64,000 nucleotides of DNA from positions 2,280 to 66,279 of the forward strand of contig JACPEW010000018.1 of the NCBI GenBank assembly GCA_016183305.1, in the 5' to 3' direction. The stretch comes from Candidatus Daviesbacteria bacterium (GTDB lineage Bacteria; Patescibacteriota; Microgenomatia; Daviesbacterales; UBA10151). This document shows positions 1 through 8,874 of the stretch, one piece after another; positions within the stretch are counted from its first letter, which is position 1, and each line of letters opens with the position of its first letter. The notes below the pieces were generated by a model. That model saw nothing but the letters and a program-made list of their open reading frames with translations. It ran no database searches and had not been told where the DNA came from. Position numbers and translations under genes: made by a program.

Positions 1-34
1 GTCTTTGCAACCATTCAGGAGTTGACAAAGAAAT

Positions 35-114
35 GTCATTGCGAGCGCAGCGTAGCAATCTTGATTATTAAATAAAGATCACTACGGTCCGTCTGTGGCG
101 GACCTCGTGATGAC
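35..114. repeat. GTCAT...ATGAC palindromic element (RPE/CGTC-REP-like), copy 1, intergenic
   Basis: gtcattgcgag...gcaatc-spacer-gatcactacg...ctcgtgatgac; terminal inverted repeats; homologous copies at 8797, 16561, 20761, 39610/39658, 40075. Confidence 0.85.
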
Positions 115-232
115 AAAACAATTAGGAGATTTTGGAAACTCCTGGACTAATACGTGTCTTTGAGAATCTCCTTTTATAAGTGTTGCTGGTAATGTCTCAT
201 TTGTCTCATTTAGGCTCAATATGAGTCAATGA

Positions 233-291
233 CTATAAGGAAACCTTGTAAGCTTGCTTGAAAGAGGTTTCCTTTCAAGCTTCGCTTATAG
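233..291. repeat. nested inverted repeat upstream of the GIY-YIG gene
   Basis: ctataag...cttatag outer arms; aggaaacct/aggtttcct and gcttgaaag/ctttcaagc inner arms. Confidence 0.5.
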
Positions 292-349
292 TAACACAAA
301 GGTTCTAGACAGGAGTGCTCAACTTGAACTGAGAGATTATAATAGTTTT

Positions 350-706
350 GTGATTTACTATGTTTATATTCTTAGAACTTCTTCTAATACTTTATATATT
401 GGACAAACAAATAATTTAGAAAAAAGGCTAAAAGAGCATAAGGAAAAGAAAGCAAAATCTGCTAAATATCTTAGATATTTTTCCTCTTTTCAACTAGTTT
501 ACTCAGAAACATATAATTCCCGGGCAGAAGCTTTGAAAAGAGAATATCAATTAAAGCAATGGCCAAAAGCTAAAAAAGAAGCTTTGTTAGTCAGTCAAGG
601 CGGGCAGTGTCTTCCTTGCCCAAAATCTCAAAGGTTTCTAAGCCTCAAAAAGAACAACCATCAGTTCAGGAAAATCCTTAAAATCTTATGCACTGTTCCA
701 GGATAA
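350..706 (+). CDS. GIY-YIG nuclease family protein (UPF0213/YhbQ-like)
   Basis: YYVYIL...LYIGQTNNLEKRLKEH...ALKREYQLKQWPKAKKEAL; in-frame GTG at 350 fits better than ORF start 254. Confidence 0.9.
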   Translation: MIYYVYILRTSSNTLYIGQTNNLEKRLKEHKEKKAKSAKYLRYFSSFQLVYSETYNSRAEALKREYQLKQWPKAKKEALLVSQGGQCLPCPKSQRFLSLKKNNHQFRKILKILCTVPG

Positions 707-733
707 TAGTTTATCTGTTATATTATATGTAGC

Positions 734-1927
734 GTGAATTTGGATCTTGCCTGCAAGCAGCTTTTTTTAGAAAACAGAAGGTATAAAAGGAAATTCCAGT
801 ACACTGTGCCTTCTCCCACCACTTATCCCTATCAATGGTTATGGGATTCTTGTTTTCATATAATTATTTTGAATCATTTTAATGTTGAATATGCCAAAAA
901 AGAAGTTTTATCATTGCTATCCCAGCAATTCGAGAATGGCATGATTCCCCATATGATCTATTGGGACGACTTTACCGAAACTTCCTTTCCTCATATCAAG
1001 TGGGGTAAAAATGGCACAAGTACCTTAACCCAGCCTCCTATGGTTGCTTATGCTGTTTGGACAGTTTACCAAAAAGATAAAGACCTGAATTTTATAAAAT
1101 CAATATATCCAAAACTCTTCCATTATTATAGATATTTACTGACAGAACGGGATCCTCATGAGAATCACTTAATTGGTATTATGAATCCCGATGAGTCAGG
1201 AGAAGATAATTCTCCCCGTTTTGATATCCCCTTAGGCCTGCCTGCGCAGCATACTCTAAAAGAAAATACTAAAAAAAGGTTTGAGCTTATAAAACAAAAT
1301 ATAAAATGTAAATTTGATGCCCCTTTTTGTATGAGAAATTTTTTCTGGGTTAAGGATGCGCCTTTTAACTCTATCATGGTGGAAAACTTAAAACTGCTTT
1401 CAAAGATTGCCTTAGTAATTGGCAACCGCGATGATGCTTTGTATTTTAACCAAAAAGCAGATGAGATATCCTCAGCAATGAGGAAATTAATGTTAGAAGA
1501 CGGGATTTTTTGGTCTACCTATGGCGAGAATGGCAGTTACAAAAAGATTAAGGTCAAAACCTGGGCAGTTTTTGCCCCTCTTTTCGCCCAGATAGCAAGC
1601 AAAGCCGAGGCAAAAAATTTAGTTGATGATTACCTGCTTAACCCAAAAGAGTTTCAAACCAAATTCCCCGTTCCAACTACTTCTTTAAGCGAACCTTCAT
1701 TTGATCCTGAAGGGTTTTGGCGGGGGCCTATTTGGATGGGAACTAACTGGTTTATTTACAAAGGACTAATAAATTATGGTTTTCTAAAAGAAGCAAAAAC
1801 TATTAAAGAGGCTTCAGTTGCCTTGCTACAGAAGAGCGGTTTTAGGGAATATTTTAATCCTTTAACAGGAGAAGGTTTAGGAGCAGAAAACTTTACCTGG
1901 GGTGGATTGATTGTTGATATGGTTTAA
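734..1927 (+). CDS. GH63/MGH1-like glycoside hydrolase (trehalase-like alpha/alpha barrel), paralog 1
   Basis: YPYQWLWDSCFH, TQPP, DESGEDNSPRFD, FWRGPIW, FREYFNP motifs. Confidence 0.85.
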   Translation: MNLDLACKQLFLENRRYKRKFQYTVPSPTTYPYQWLWDSCFHIIILNHFNVEYAKKEVLSLLSQQFENGMIPHMIYWDDFTETSFPHIKWGKNGTSTLTQPPMVAYAVWTVYQKDKDLNFIKSIYPKLFHYYRYLLTERDPHENHLIGIMNPDESGEDNSPRFDIPLGLPAQHTLKENTKKRFELIKQNIKCKFDAPFCMRNFFWVKDAPFNSIMVENLKLLSKIALVIGNRDDALYFNQKADEISSAMRKLMLEDGIFWSTYGENGSYKKIKVKTWAVFAPLFAQIASKAEAKNLVDDYLLNPKEFQTKFPVPTTSLSEPSFDPEGFWRGPIWMGTNWFIYKGLINYGFLKEAKTIKEASVALLQKSGFREYFNPLTGEGLGAENFTWGGLIVDMV

Positions 1928-1936
1928 ACTTAAGTT

Positions 1937-3337
1937 ATGGGATTAAATCTATTAAAAACCAATACTCTTCCTGAGGCTTTGCCAGTTAAAAAACTGATTG
2001 GTCCAAGTTTTTTGATTTTAGCCTTAGGACTGGGCAGCGGTGAGGTAATTTTGTGGCCATATTTGTCTGCTAATTTTGGTTTGGGGATTATATGGGGAGC
2101 ATTATTAGGTCTGACTTTTCAATTTTTTATGAACATGGAAATTGAAAGGTATGCTTTAGCTCATGGAGAGAGTATTTTTGTGGGGCTGGCTAGGAAGTTT
2201 AGATTGATTTCTTTTTGGTTTTTGTTTTCTACTTTTATTCCCTGGATGTGGCCAGGTATTATTGCCTCCTCTGCTAAATTTTTAGGCACTGTGATAGGGG
2301 TTGCTGGTACTCATTACTTGGCTATAGGTTTGCTTTTTTTGATTGGAACAATTTTGTCTTTAGGGCCGGTTTTGTATAAAACAGTAGAGTTTTTGCAAAA
2401 AAGAATTATTCTTTTGGGAGTACCATCAGTATTTTTACTCAGTTTAATTTTAGCTAGGCCTGAGCACTGGCTGGATTTAGCCCAAGGGGCAGTTGGTATA
2501 GGCAAAGGTTATTTTTTGCTGCCAGAGGGTTTAGCAATAGCCTCATTTTTAGCAGCTTTAGCTTATGCAGGAGCAGGTGGTAATTTAAACCTTGCCCAAT
2601 CTTATTATGTGAAAGAAAAGGGTTATGGAATGGGAAAATATGCAGGCAGAATTACCGGCTTACTGACTGGGAAAAAAGAGCAGGTGTCTTTGACCGGGAC
2701 TAAATTTGAAGCAAATGAGGAAAATCTAAATAAATTTAATAAATGGTGGAGAAATATTAATATTGAGCATTTTGTGGTTTTTTGGTTAACAGGGTCTATA
2801 ACTATTTTGCTTTTGGCGCTGCTGTCCTATTCCACAGTGTTTGGTTTGGGTGGTAATGCCCAGGGAGTAAATTTTGTAATAAAAGAAGCAAGTGTCATCG
2901 GGCAAAATATAGCACCTTTTGCGGGTACTTTCTTTTTGATTGTAGTTGGTATAACTTTATTTGGTACCCAACTAGGAGTGTTTGATGCTACCAGCAGGAT
3001 ATTATCAGAAAATTTAATTTTAAGCTCTTTTGGAAAGCTTAGCGAACTGAATCTTAGATGTTTATATTACTTGGTTTTGTGGCTGCAAATTTTAGCTGGA
3101 ATTACTATTTTGCTGTTAGGTTTTACTGAGCCTTTACAGCTCGTGATAACAGCTGCTGTTTTAAATGCTATAGCTATGTTTGTTCATGTTGGACTGACTT
3201 TATGGTTGAATTTAAGTTTACTAGATAAACAAATCAGGCCTTCCTTATTTAGGGTAAGCGCTATGGTTTTAGCATTTCTTTTTTATGGAGGCTTTAGCAC
3301 TTATACAGTTTATGATAGATTTATTAGAAACTTCTAA
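1937..3337 (+). CDS. Nramp-like/APC superfamily membrane transporter
   Basis: IGPSFLILALGLGSGEVILWP N-terminal motif, about 11 hydrophobic segments. Confidence 0.75.
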   Translation: MGLNLLKTNTLPEALPVKKLIGPSFLILALGLGSGEVILWPYLSANFGLGIIWGALLGLTFQFFMNMEIERYALAHGESIFVGLARKFRLISFWFLFSTFIPWMWPGIIASSAKFLGTVIGVAGTHYLAIGLLFLIGTILSLGPVLYKTVEFLQKRIILLGVPSVFLLSLILARPEHWLDLAQGAVGIGKGYFLLPEGLAIASFLAALAYAGAGGNLNLAQSYYVKEKGYGMGKYAGRITGLLTGKKEQVSLTGTKFEANEENLNKFNKWWRNINIEHFVVFWLTGSITILLLALLSYSTVFGLGGNAQGVNFVIKEASVIGQNIAPFAGTFFLIVVGITLFGTQLGVFDATSRILSENLILSSFGKLSELNLRCLYYLVLWLQILAGITILLLGFTEPLQLVITAAVLNAIAMFVHVGLTLWLNLSLLDKQIRPSLFRVSAMVLAFLFYGGFSTYTVYDRFIRNF

Positions 3338-4899
3338 TTAGTATTAGTTTTTAGCTTCTCTGTTACATCTATAAATTTATAATAATTTTTATCATCCTCA
3401 AAAATAATATTCCGGTCAGGAAGCAGTGGCAGATTAGTGCCAAAGTAAGTATTAAAAATCAGCCTGAAGGAATTAACTGGAGTAATTGCTGGATAAAGAA
3501 CATTATTTTTGTTTCCAGGTAATAAATAAGCTGTCAGGATGGGAAACTTTTCTTTTAAAGACTGGTCACTGGCATTTTTCCAGGCAAGGTTTTTAGAGAT
3601 TGGGTTTAAAATTGGCAGAGGCCCTTCATCTGCTTGAATTAGAATAACAGGCTTAACTGAAGAACTAGCTAATATTTTAGTTAAAACCTCTTCCATTTTT
3701 TTATTAGCGCATTGCAACTGGTTCAAATAATTTTCTTTCTCTCCGCTTTTAGAAGTAACAGTTTCTGGGAGAGGCTCACAATCTTTACCTAAAACATAAG
3801 GGTCATGCGGGATTAGGATATGGGTAAAAACAAATTTAGGTCCTCCTTGATTGATAATTTGATTAAACACCTCAAACTCATATAAAATCCTGCTTCTTTC
3901 CTCATTATTTTTTGGCTTCTCAGAAACCGCAGTGGGATCTGGATATAGTTTGGTTAAAATAGGAGAAGCCAAAGTAGTTTGTAAAAAGCCAGAGGTAAAC
4001 TCATCAGCAAATGGGTAACGCCCTCCTTTTAAAACAAAATTCTGGGAAGCCTTAGGGTTTGACCTGGTAGGGTCCCAGCCAGACCCAACATGAATATATG
4101 AATAACCTTTACTTTTTAAAAGTTGGATTACTTTACCATTTTGTACCAAAGGAGTGACAATTGATTCATCAGAAGTTGCTCCCCCATTAGTTTTTTCAGT
4201 TAAAAAATTTAAATACTCCATGTTCAGAGTAGAACCTAGAGATAAAAAAGTTTTAGGATAATTAGAAGTTGCTTCAGAGGCAATATAAAAACCTTTACTT
4301 TTTAGAAAATCTAAAAAAGGATTGTTATCAAAGCCATATTGTTTTAAAACCTCTGCCCCAGCATACCTGTCTAACACAAAGTAATAGATATCAGGTTTCT
4401 GACCGGCTATCTCACTATTTTCCTCAGGGATAGACCCGCTTTCTAAATTAAGTAAAGACAATCTTTTTATCTGGACTTCAAAAAAAGCGTTATTGCTTAG
4501 AACCATAATAATTAAAATTACCGATAAAATACTTAAAGCCCGGCTAATGTTATGAAGATATTTTTGGTAGCGGAAAACCAGAAAAATGAGGAATATAAAA
4601 ATAACCAGCAAACATATAGAAAGCAAGATATCAGAAGTTAATTTAATGCTTTTTGCCAGTTCTTTTACCCTGCTATAAGAAAAGAAAATAAGAATTAATA
4701 GTGAACTTGCTACAGCAGAAATTTCCAGTTTTCTAATAACGAGCCAGCAAACTGAGGAGATAAGTCCCAAAAAAGCCAGTGATAGAAGGATAGGTATTAG
4801 TAAAACATTTTCTTTATATTGGTTAATATTTTGGCTGTATAAAAAAATAGCGGGATAAAGGCTGAAAAAAATGGGGTGCAGGAAGAAGTATTTCTTCAT
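3334..4899 (-). CDS. membrane-anchored sulfatase/alkaline-phosphatase-superfamily protein
   Basis: N-terminal TM helices; PDIYYFVLDRY, SNYPKTFLSL, HILIPHDPY, QADEGP; likely start MKKYFF at 4899 coupled to the upstream gene. Confidence 0.75.
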   Translation of the reverse strand: MKKYFFLHPIFFSLYPAIFLYSQNINQYKENVLLIPILLSLAFLGLISSVCWLVIRKLEISAVASSLLILIFFSYSRVKELAKSIKLTSDILLSICLLVIFIFLIFLVFRYQKYLHNISRALSILSVILIIMVLSNNAFFEVQIKRLSLLNLESGSIPEENSEIAGQKPDIYYFVLDRYAGAEVLKQYGFDNNPFLDFLKSKGFYIASEATSNYPKTFLSLGSTLNMEYLNFLTEKTNGGATSDESIVTPLVQNGKVIQLLKSKGYSYIHVGSGWDPTRSNPKASQNFVLKGGRYPFADEFTSGFLQTTLASPILTKLYPDPTAVSEKPKNNEERSRILYEFEVFNQIINQGGPKFVFTHILIPHDPYVLGKDCEPLPETVTSKSGEKENYLNQLQCANKKMEEVLTKILASSSVKPVILIQADEGPLPILNPISKNLAWKNASDQSLKEKFPILTAYLLPGNKNNVLYPAITPVNSFRLIFNTYFGTNLPLLPDRNIIFEDDKNYYKFIDVTEKLKTNTN

Positions 4900-6284
4900 C
4901 TTTTTGTCTTCTCCATTAAATATAATATTCTTTGGCTGTTTTTGATAGGACAAATTTTTTTGATCTGGAAAAATTCTTTAAAAGCTTCCTCAAAACCTGC
5001 TTTAGTATAGGCTGGGAAAATATCTTCCCTATTTTGCAATAAAATTTTAACTTGCGAATCCTCTTTTGGTATAAACTCAATTATTAAATATTTGCTTAGT
5101 TTAGAAAAGAGAGAGGCAATATAAGATAAAGGTATATTAGCAGAGATTGCTAAATGATGAACTAAAGCTAAGGCTAGGGTAACGTCAGCAGGTCCTCTTT
5201 GAAAAAGAGATAACCTTTCTTCATTTGCCCAACCTAAAGACGGAGTTGGATTTGTTAAATCAATAAATAAGGGCAAAATATTTGTTTCATGATCCTTTAT
5301 CAGTTGTTGATAGTTTTTTTCTAAAGCTCCTAAATCAAGATCAAAAGAAATAACTAAATCAGCAAATTGCTTAGCAATTCTAGAAAAATAACCGGTATTT
5401 GCCCCCAAGTCCCAAATAGTTTTTGATTTAATAGATTTTAAAAAGCCTTTAACAAGTTCTCCTTTTTGGGTTAACGAAGAAGATGTGTAGTTATTATTTT
5501 CTCCGCTATAATACTCAGACCATTGTGTGTCTTTTGTATTCCAAGACAAGCTTTTGATTACCCCTTCTAAATTATCCAGTAAACCCAAAAATGCTCTTTT
5601 ACTAAAGCTTTTTTGGATCCTTGCAGAGCTTAGTTTTTTTTGATGATATTTTTTCTGGCTGGCAGCATGAGCATGGATATGTAGCATGACCCCTGGTTTA
5701 AAATGAGAGCGGAAGGGCAGCAATTTTGAGGCTAAATCAAGAGGAATACCATTAATAAAAAAAGAACTTAGCCTATTAAGACGGAAGTCAGTTAAAGACA
5801 TTAAGGTAAGAGGTGCTAAAAAATGTTCCACAAATTGTTTATAAGCAATCCAAGGTTTGCCTTCTCCGTATTTTTCAAAAGAAAGAGTATCAATGAGAAT
5901 TGGTTTTCCTTTCAAAAATTGAATATTAAAAGCGCTGGCATCTTTTAAACTTAATCCATGCTCTAAAGCAATTTTCTGGATATTTAAGGTTAAGAAAGCA
6001 GCATCTTTTAGCATCCCAAAACACCATTCATAAGGATAAGAAATAAAAGGGATTTGTTTAGGCTTAATAATTTTGTAGGCTTCAGGCGCTGGGTTTTTTA
6101 AATCAATTTCCTGATGTTCTATCAGCAGGTTTGAGGAAACTAGTTTATCATATAGCCCGGAATTTATTAGTAACTGGTAGTTGTCCTGATAGCTTTTATT
6201 AATCTGGCGGTAGATTAATTCTTTAATAGAAAAAACAAAACCGCTTGGGTCTTTAAAAGATGCAGAAATCCTGTCATTTTTCAT
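4896..6284 (-). CDS. SAM-dependent methyltransferase (NoeA-like)
   Basis: SFKDPSG, FISYPYEW, LKDASAFNIQF, WDLGANTG, LALVHHL. Confidence 0.8.
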   Translation of the reverse strand: MKNDRISASFKDPSGFVFSIKELIYRQINKSYQDNYQLLINSGLYDKLVSSNLLIEHQEIDLKNPAPEAYKIIKPKQIPFISYPYEWCFGMLKDAAFLTLNIQKIALEHGLSLKDASAFNIQFLKGKPILIDTLSFEKYGEGKPWIAYKQFVEHFLAPLTLMSLTDFRLNRLSSFFINGIPLDLASKLLPFRSHFKPGVMLHIHAHAASQKKYHQKKLSSARIQKSFSKRAFLGLLDNLEGVIKSLSWNTKDTQWSEYYSGENNNYTSSSLTQKGELVKGFLKSIKSKTIWDLGANTGYFSRIAKQFADLVISFDLDLGALEKNYQQLIKDHETNILPLFIDLTNPTPSLGWANEERLSLFQRGPADVTLALALVHHLAISANIPLSYIASLFSKLSKYLIIEFIPKEDSQVKILLQNREDIFPAYTKAGFEEAFKEFFQIKKICPIKNSQRILYLMEKTKR

Positions 6285-6487
6285 TACTGTGTAGTGTTTC
6301 TTTTTTGGAAGAAACGGTAAAACAGGTTTTTCAGTTTTCTAATGATAGATTTTATGAAAAATAGGCTGCCCAATAAACCAGCCATCAGTATCTGAAAAAG
6401 ATAACTTCCTGTTCCTGGATCAAGATAAGCATAGGCATTTTGTGGGAATATTAACATTAAAAATCCAAAATAAATAATTACTTTCAT
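6284..6487 (-). CDS. small membrane protein, YLDPGTGS family
   Basis: signal-like N-terminus, AYAYLDPGTGS, TM helix, basic tail. Confidence 0.7.
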   Translation of the reverse strand: MKVIIYFGFLMLIFPQNAYAYLDPGTGSYLFQILMAGLLGSLFFIKSIIRKLKNLFYRFFQKRNTTQ

Positions 6488-6529
6488 TGTCTGTCAAAAT
6501 TAAACTTTATCATAAATACCTATCCTAGG

Positions 6530-6560
6530 TAAACCCCCTCAGCTTTTTGAGGGGGTTTTA
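6530..6560. terminator. intrinsic terminator hairpin
   Basis: aaaccccctca-gctttt-tgagggggttt downstream of the 6581-7219 gene. Confidence 0.65.
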
Positions 6561-6580
6561 AGGGATTAACTGTTATAATT

Positions 6581-7219
6581 TTACCGGCCTGACCTTTTGG
6601 ATCTTTTTGATCCACCTCTGTGTCTAATTCCGCTTAAATGAACAGGACCATATTCCCTGTATGGTTCTTCTCTTCTAGTAAATTCCTCCCGGGATTCAAC
6701 GCTTTTAATATTGTCTGCATCAAAATCCTTCAGGATATTTTCTACTTCCTGTTCCTCGCCTTCTCTGGCTGGAATAGCTATTAAAATGTCTCCTTCCTTA
6801 ATGTGTCCTTCATAAATAGCTGCATCCTCTTGGGATAGTCCGAAAGTTGAAGCTAAAGCACCAATCAAACCTCCTGCTAATGCTCCGGTGGCTGCGCCAG
6901 ATGCTGTGGTAGCTGCTGCTCCAGACAAGCCAAGAACTGCTGCTATTGGTCCTCCAATAAAGAAAGCCCCTAAACCAGGAATTACAAAGAAGGTAACCAG
7001 TCCTGCTATCCCTCCAACCACTGCTCCTGCGGCTGCTCCTCCTAAGGTTCCGCCAACTACATTTTCAGCCCCAGTTTCTGCAGCTAGTTTTTCTTCCGCG
7101 CCTCTATCCCTCATTATAATAGAAATGTCTTTTGGGTTATAGCCTTCTGCTTCCAATCCAGAAACAGCACCACTAGCCCTGTCTCTATGTGTAAAAACTC
7201 CTAAAACTACACTTGCCAT
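6581..7219 (-). CDS. general stress/glycine-zipper membrane protein (YflT-like)
   Basis: VLGVF...AVSGL...GY...DISII, Gly/Ala zipper, IPGLG.F.IGGPIAA. Confidence 0.7.
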   Translation of the reverse strand: MASVVLGVFTHRDRASGAVSGLEAEGYNPKDISIIMRDRGAEEKLAAETGAENVVGGTLGGAAAGAVVGGIAGLVTFFVIPGLGAFFIGGPIAAVLGLSGAAATTASGAATGALAGGLIGALASTFGLSQEDAAIYEGHIKEGDILIAIPAREGEEQEVENILKDFDADNIKSVESREEFTRREEPYREYGPVHLSGIRHRGGSKRSKRSGR

Positions 7220-7220
7220 A

Positions 7221-7481
7221 TTATTTCACCCCCTTCCGGGCTCTTTTGCCCAATCTAAGTCTGTGTTCTATCTCTTTTTCCTGCTTCATTGCTGCTTTTT
7301 CCATATCCTTCATAGAATCCATAACCTTCTTTTTAACACTAGATACAGTATGAAATACTTTATCTCTAACTTTTTTATCAGATAAGACTTTGGTAGCAAC
7401 TGCCCCAACTCCTGCCCCAATAACTGCTCCAGTAACTCCTGCAGCCATAGGATTCATTTGTTTACCATTTGTATCAGTCAA
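7221..7481 (-). CDS. YtxH-like small protein (paralog of 51559-51837)
   Basis: NPMAAGVTGAVIGAGVGA then a charged helix; GGAGGTG RBS. Confidence 0.6.
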   Translation of the reverse strand: MTDTNGKQMNPMAAGVTGAVIGAGVGAVATKVLSDKKVRDKVFHTVSSVKKKVMDSMKDMEKAAMKQEKEIEHRLRLGKRARKGVK

Positions 7482-7626
7482 TTTTTCTCACCTCCCATCT
7501 TTAGTAAAAAGGATACGGGAAGTATGTTAAGGGCATATAAGAAGAAAGCTATGTTACTGTAAGAAATACATAACTCTTACACTGTTTTTATATTAGTAAC
7601 GTACTAAATAATCTAAAATAGCTGAA

Positions 7627-7995
7627 ATGATTGTTGGAGAACCAATCCCAAAAGAACAAACAGTAATTGAGCCTAGCACTGGGGAAAAACCAGTTATAAA
7701 AGTTGAGCCTCCCCAGGTAAGTTATGAAAAAGAAAAAAGGATTATTATATATAAAAGGATCCTCTGGTATGTTTTAAGTGTTTTAGAATCCTTACTGGCT
7801 TTTAGGTTTATAATTAAATTGCTTGGGGCAAATCCCAATAATCTATTTAGCATTTTAATAGAAATTACCACTATTCCATTTTTATTTATTTTTATTAACT
7901 TATTCCCACCAGCCTCAAGTATTACTGGCAACTTAGTTTTAGAGTGGTCAACTTTATTTGCTCTCCAGGTTTTACAAACTCAAAAAGCCAATTAA
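7627..7995 (+). CDS. YGGT-like membrane protein, possibly C-terminally truncated
   Basis: LLAFRFIIKLLGANPNN...T.PFL..F...LEWSTLFAL. Confidence 0.55.
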   Translation: MIVGEPIPKEQTVIEPSTGEKPVIKVEPPQVSYEKEKRIIIYKRILWYVLSVLESLLAFRFIIKLLGANPNNLFSILIEITTIPFLFIFINLFPPASSITGNLVLEWSTLFALQVLQTQKAN

Positions 7996-8438
7996 CCCCA
8001 AAGAAGCAGAAGATAAAGTAGAAAAAATCATGCCTTAAACTTCTTTCTTACAATACTAGGCCTATAACTTGACATTTTCCTCAATATATCCTGTAATACT
8101 TCACTTTATGATAGCTATTGAGGCAGAAATGCCCAGATTACAACAACTAGAAACTGATAGATTGAGAACTGTTTGTAGTGGTTGCCATCCTGCTGGAAGT
8201 AAATCTAGGGAAAGATTAATATCTTCAGGACAAGTAGACCTCGTTAGAACATATGGAGGTGCAGTAGTGCCCAGCGATAAACTATGAATGAAACAAGGGC
8301 CTAATAATACTAGGGCTATTCTTGAGCAAGTACGCACCAGAAATATGGTAACATTTACTAGAAGACAAAATCTGCGCCAAGCAGCTTAACTTTTTATACA
8401 GGGACCCTGGAGAATTCAGAGAAGATTTACTTAACAGA

Positions 8439-8679
8439 TTAAGCTGAAATAACTTTTTGCCCTAGTTTACCTACCCTTTTTTCTAAGTGATCATATTCTT
8501 CTCTGGTAAGAGCATCATCTTTCAGTCAATCTTTACTCTACGTCATCAATACGCCTGTTAACTTCTTAAAATCCTTTATCTACTTTCCTCTCCAACTTGT
8601 TAATTTTGCCCAGCACTTCTTGTCTAAAAGCACTTTGTCCATTGATAAGTGCCTGGAGCATTTTTTGGATATCATTCAT
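8439..8679 (-). pseudogene. decayed small coiled-coil protein gene
   Basis: hand translation MNDIQKMLQALINGQSAFRQEVLGKINKLERKVDKGF*EVNRRIDDVE*RLTER.../DDALTREEYDHLEKRVGKL; two stops and a frameshift or deletion. Confidence 0.5.
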
Positions 8680-8796
8680 TGTTTAAGTATATACCTGTTA
8701 GATTGCTGTCTTCAATAAGTTTCTTCTGTGTCCCCAGGATCACCACTATCTAAAAATATTTTGGTTTTTAAATTATTTGGCCTCATAAATATTATT

Positions 8797-8874
8797 GTCA
8801 TCTCGAGCGATTAGCGAGAGATCTTCCGGGCTTGGAAGATTCCTCACCCCGATTTAATCGGGGTTCGGAATGAC
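8797..8874. repeat. GTCAT...ATGAC palindromic element, copy 2, overlapping the tkt 3' end
   Basis: gtcatctcgagcgattagcgagagatc...gattcctcaccccgatttaatcggggttcggaatgac; supplies the last codons and stop of tkt. Confidence 0.85.

Noticed and set aside
8069..8337. Overlapping 72-aa and 78-aa ORFs
   Set aside because: No motifs; they lie in a decayed region next to a pseudogene.
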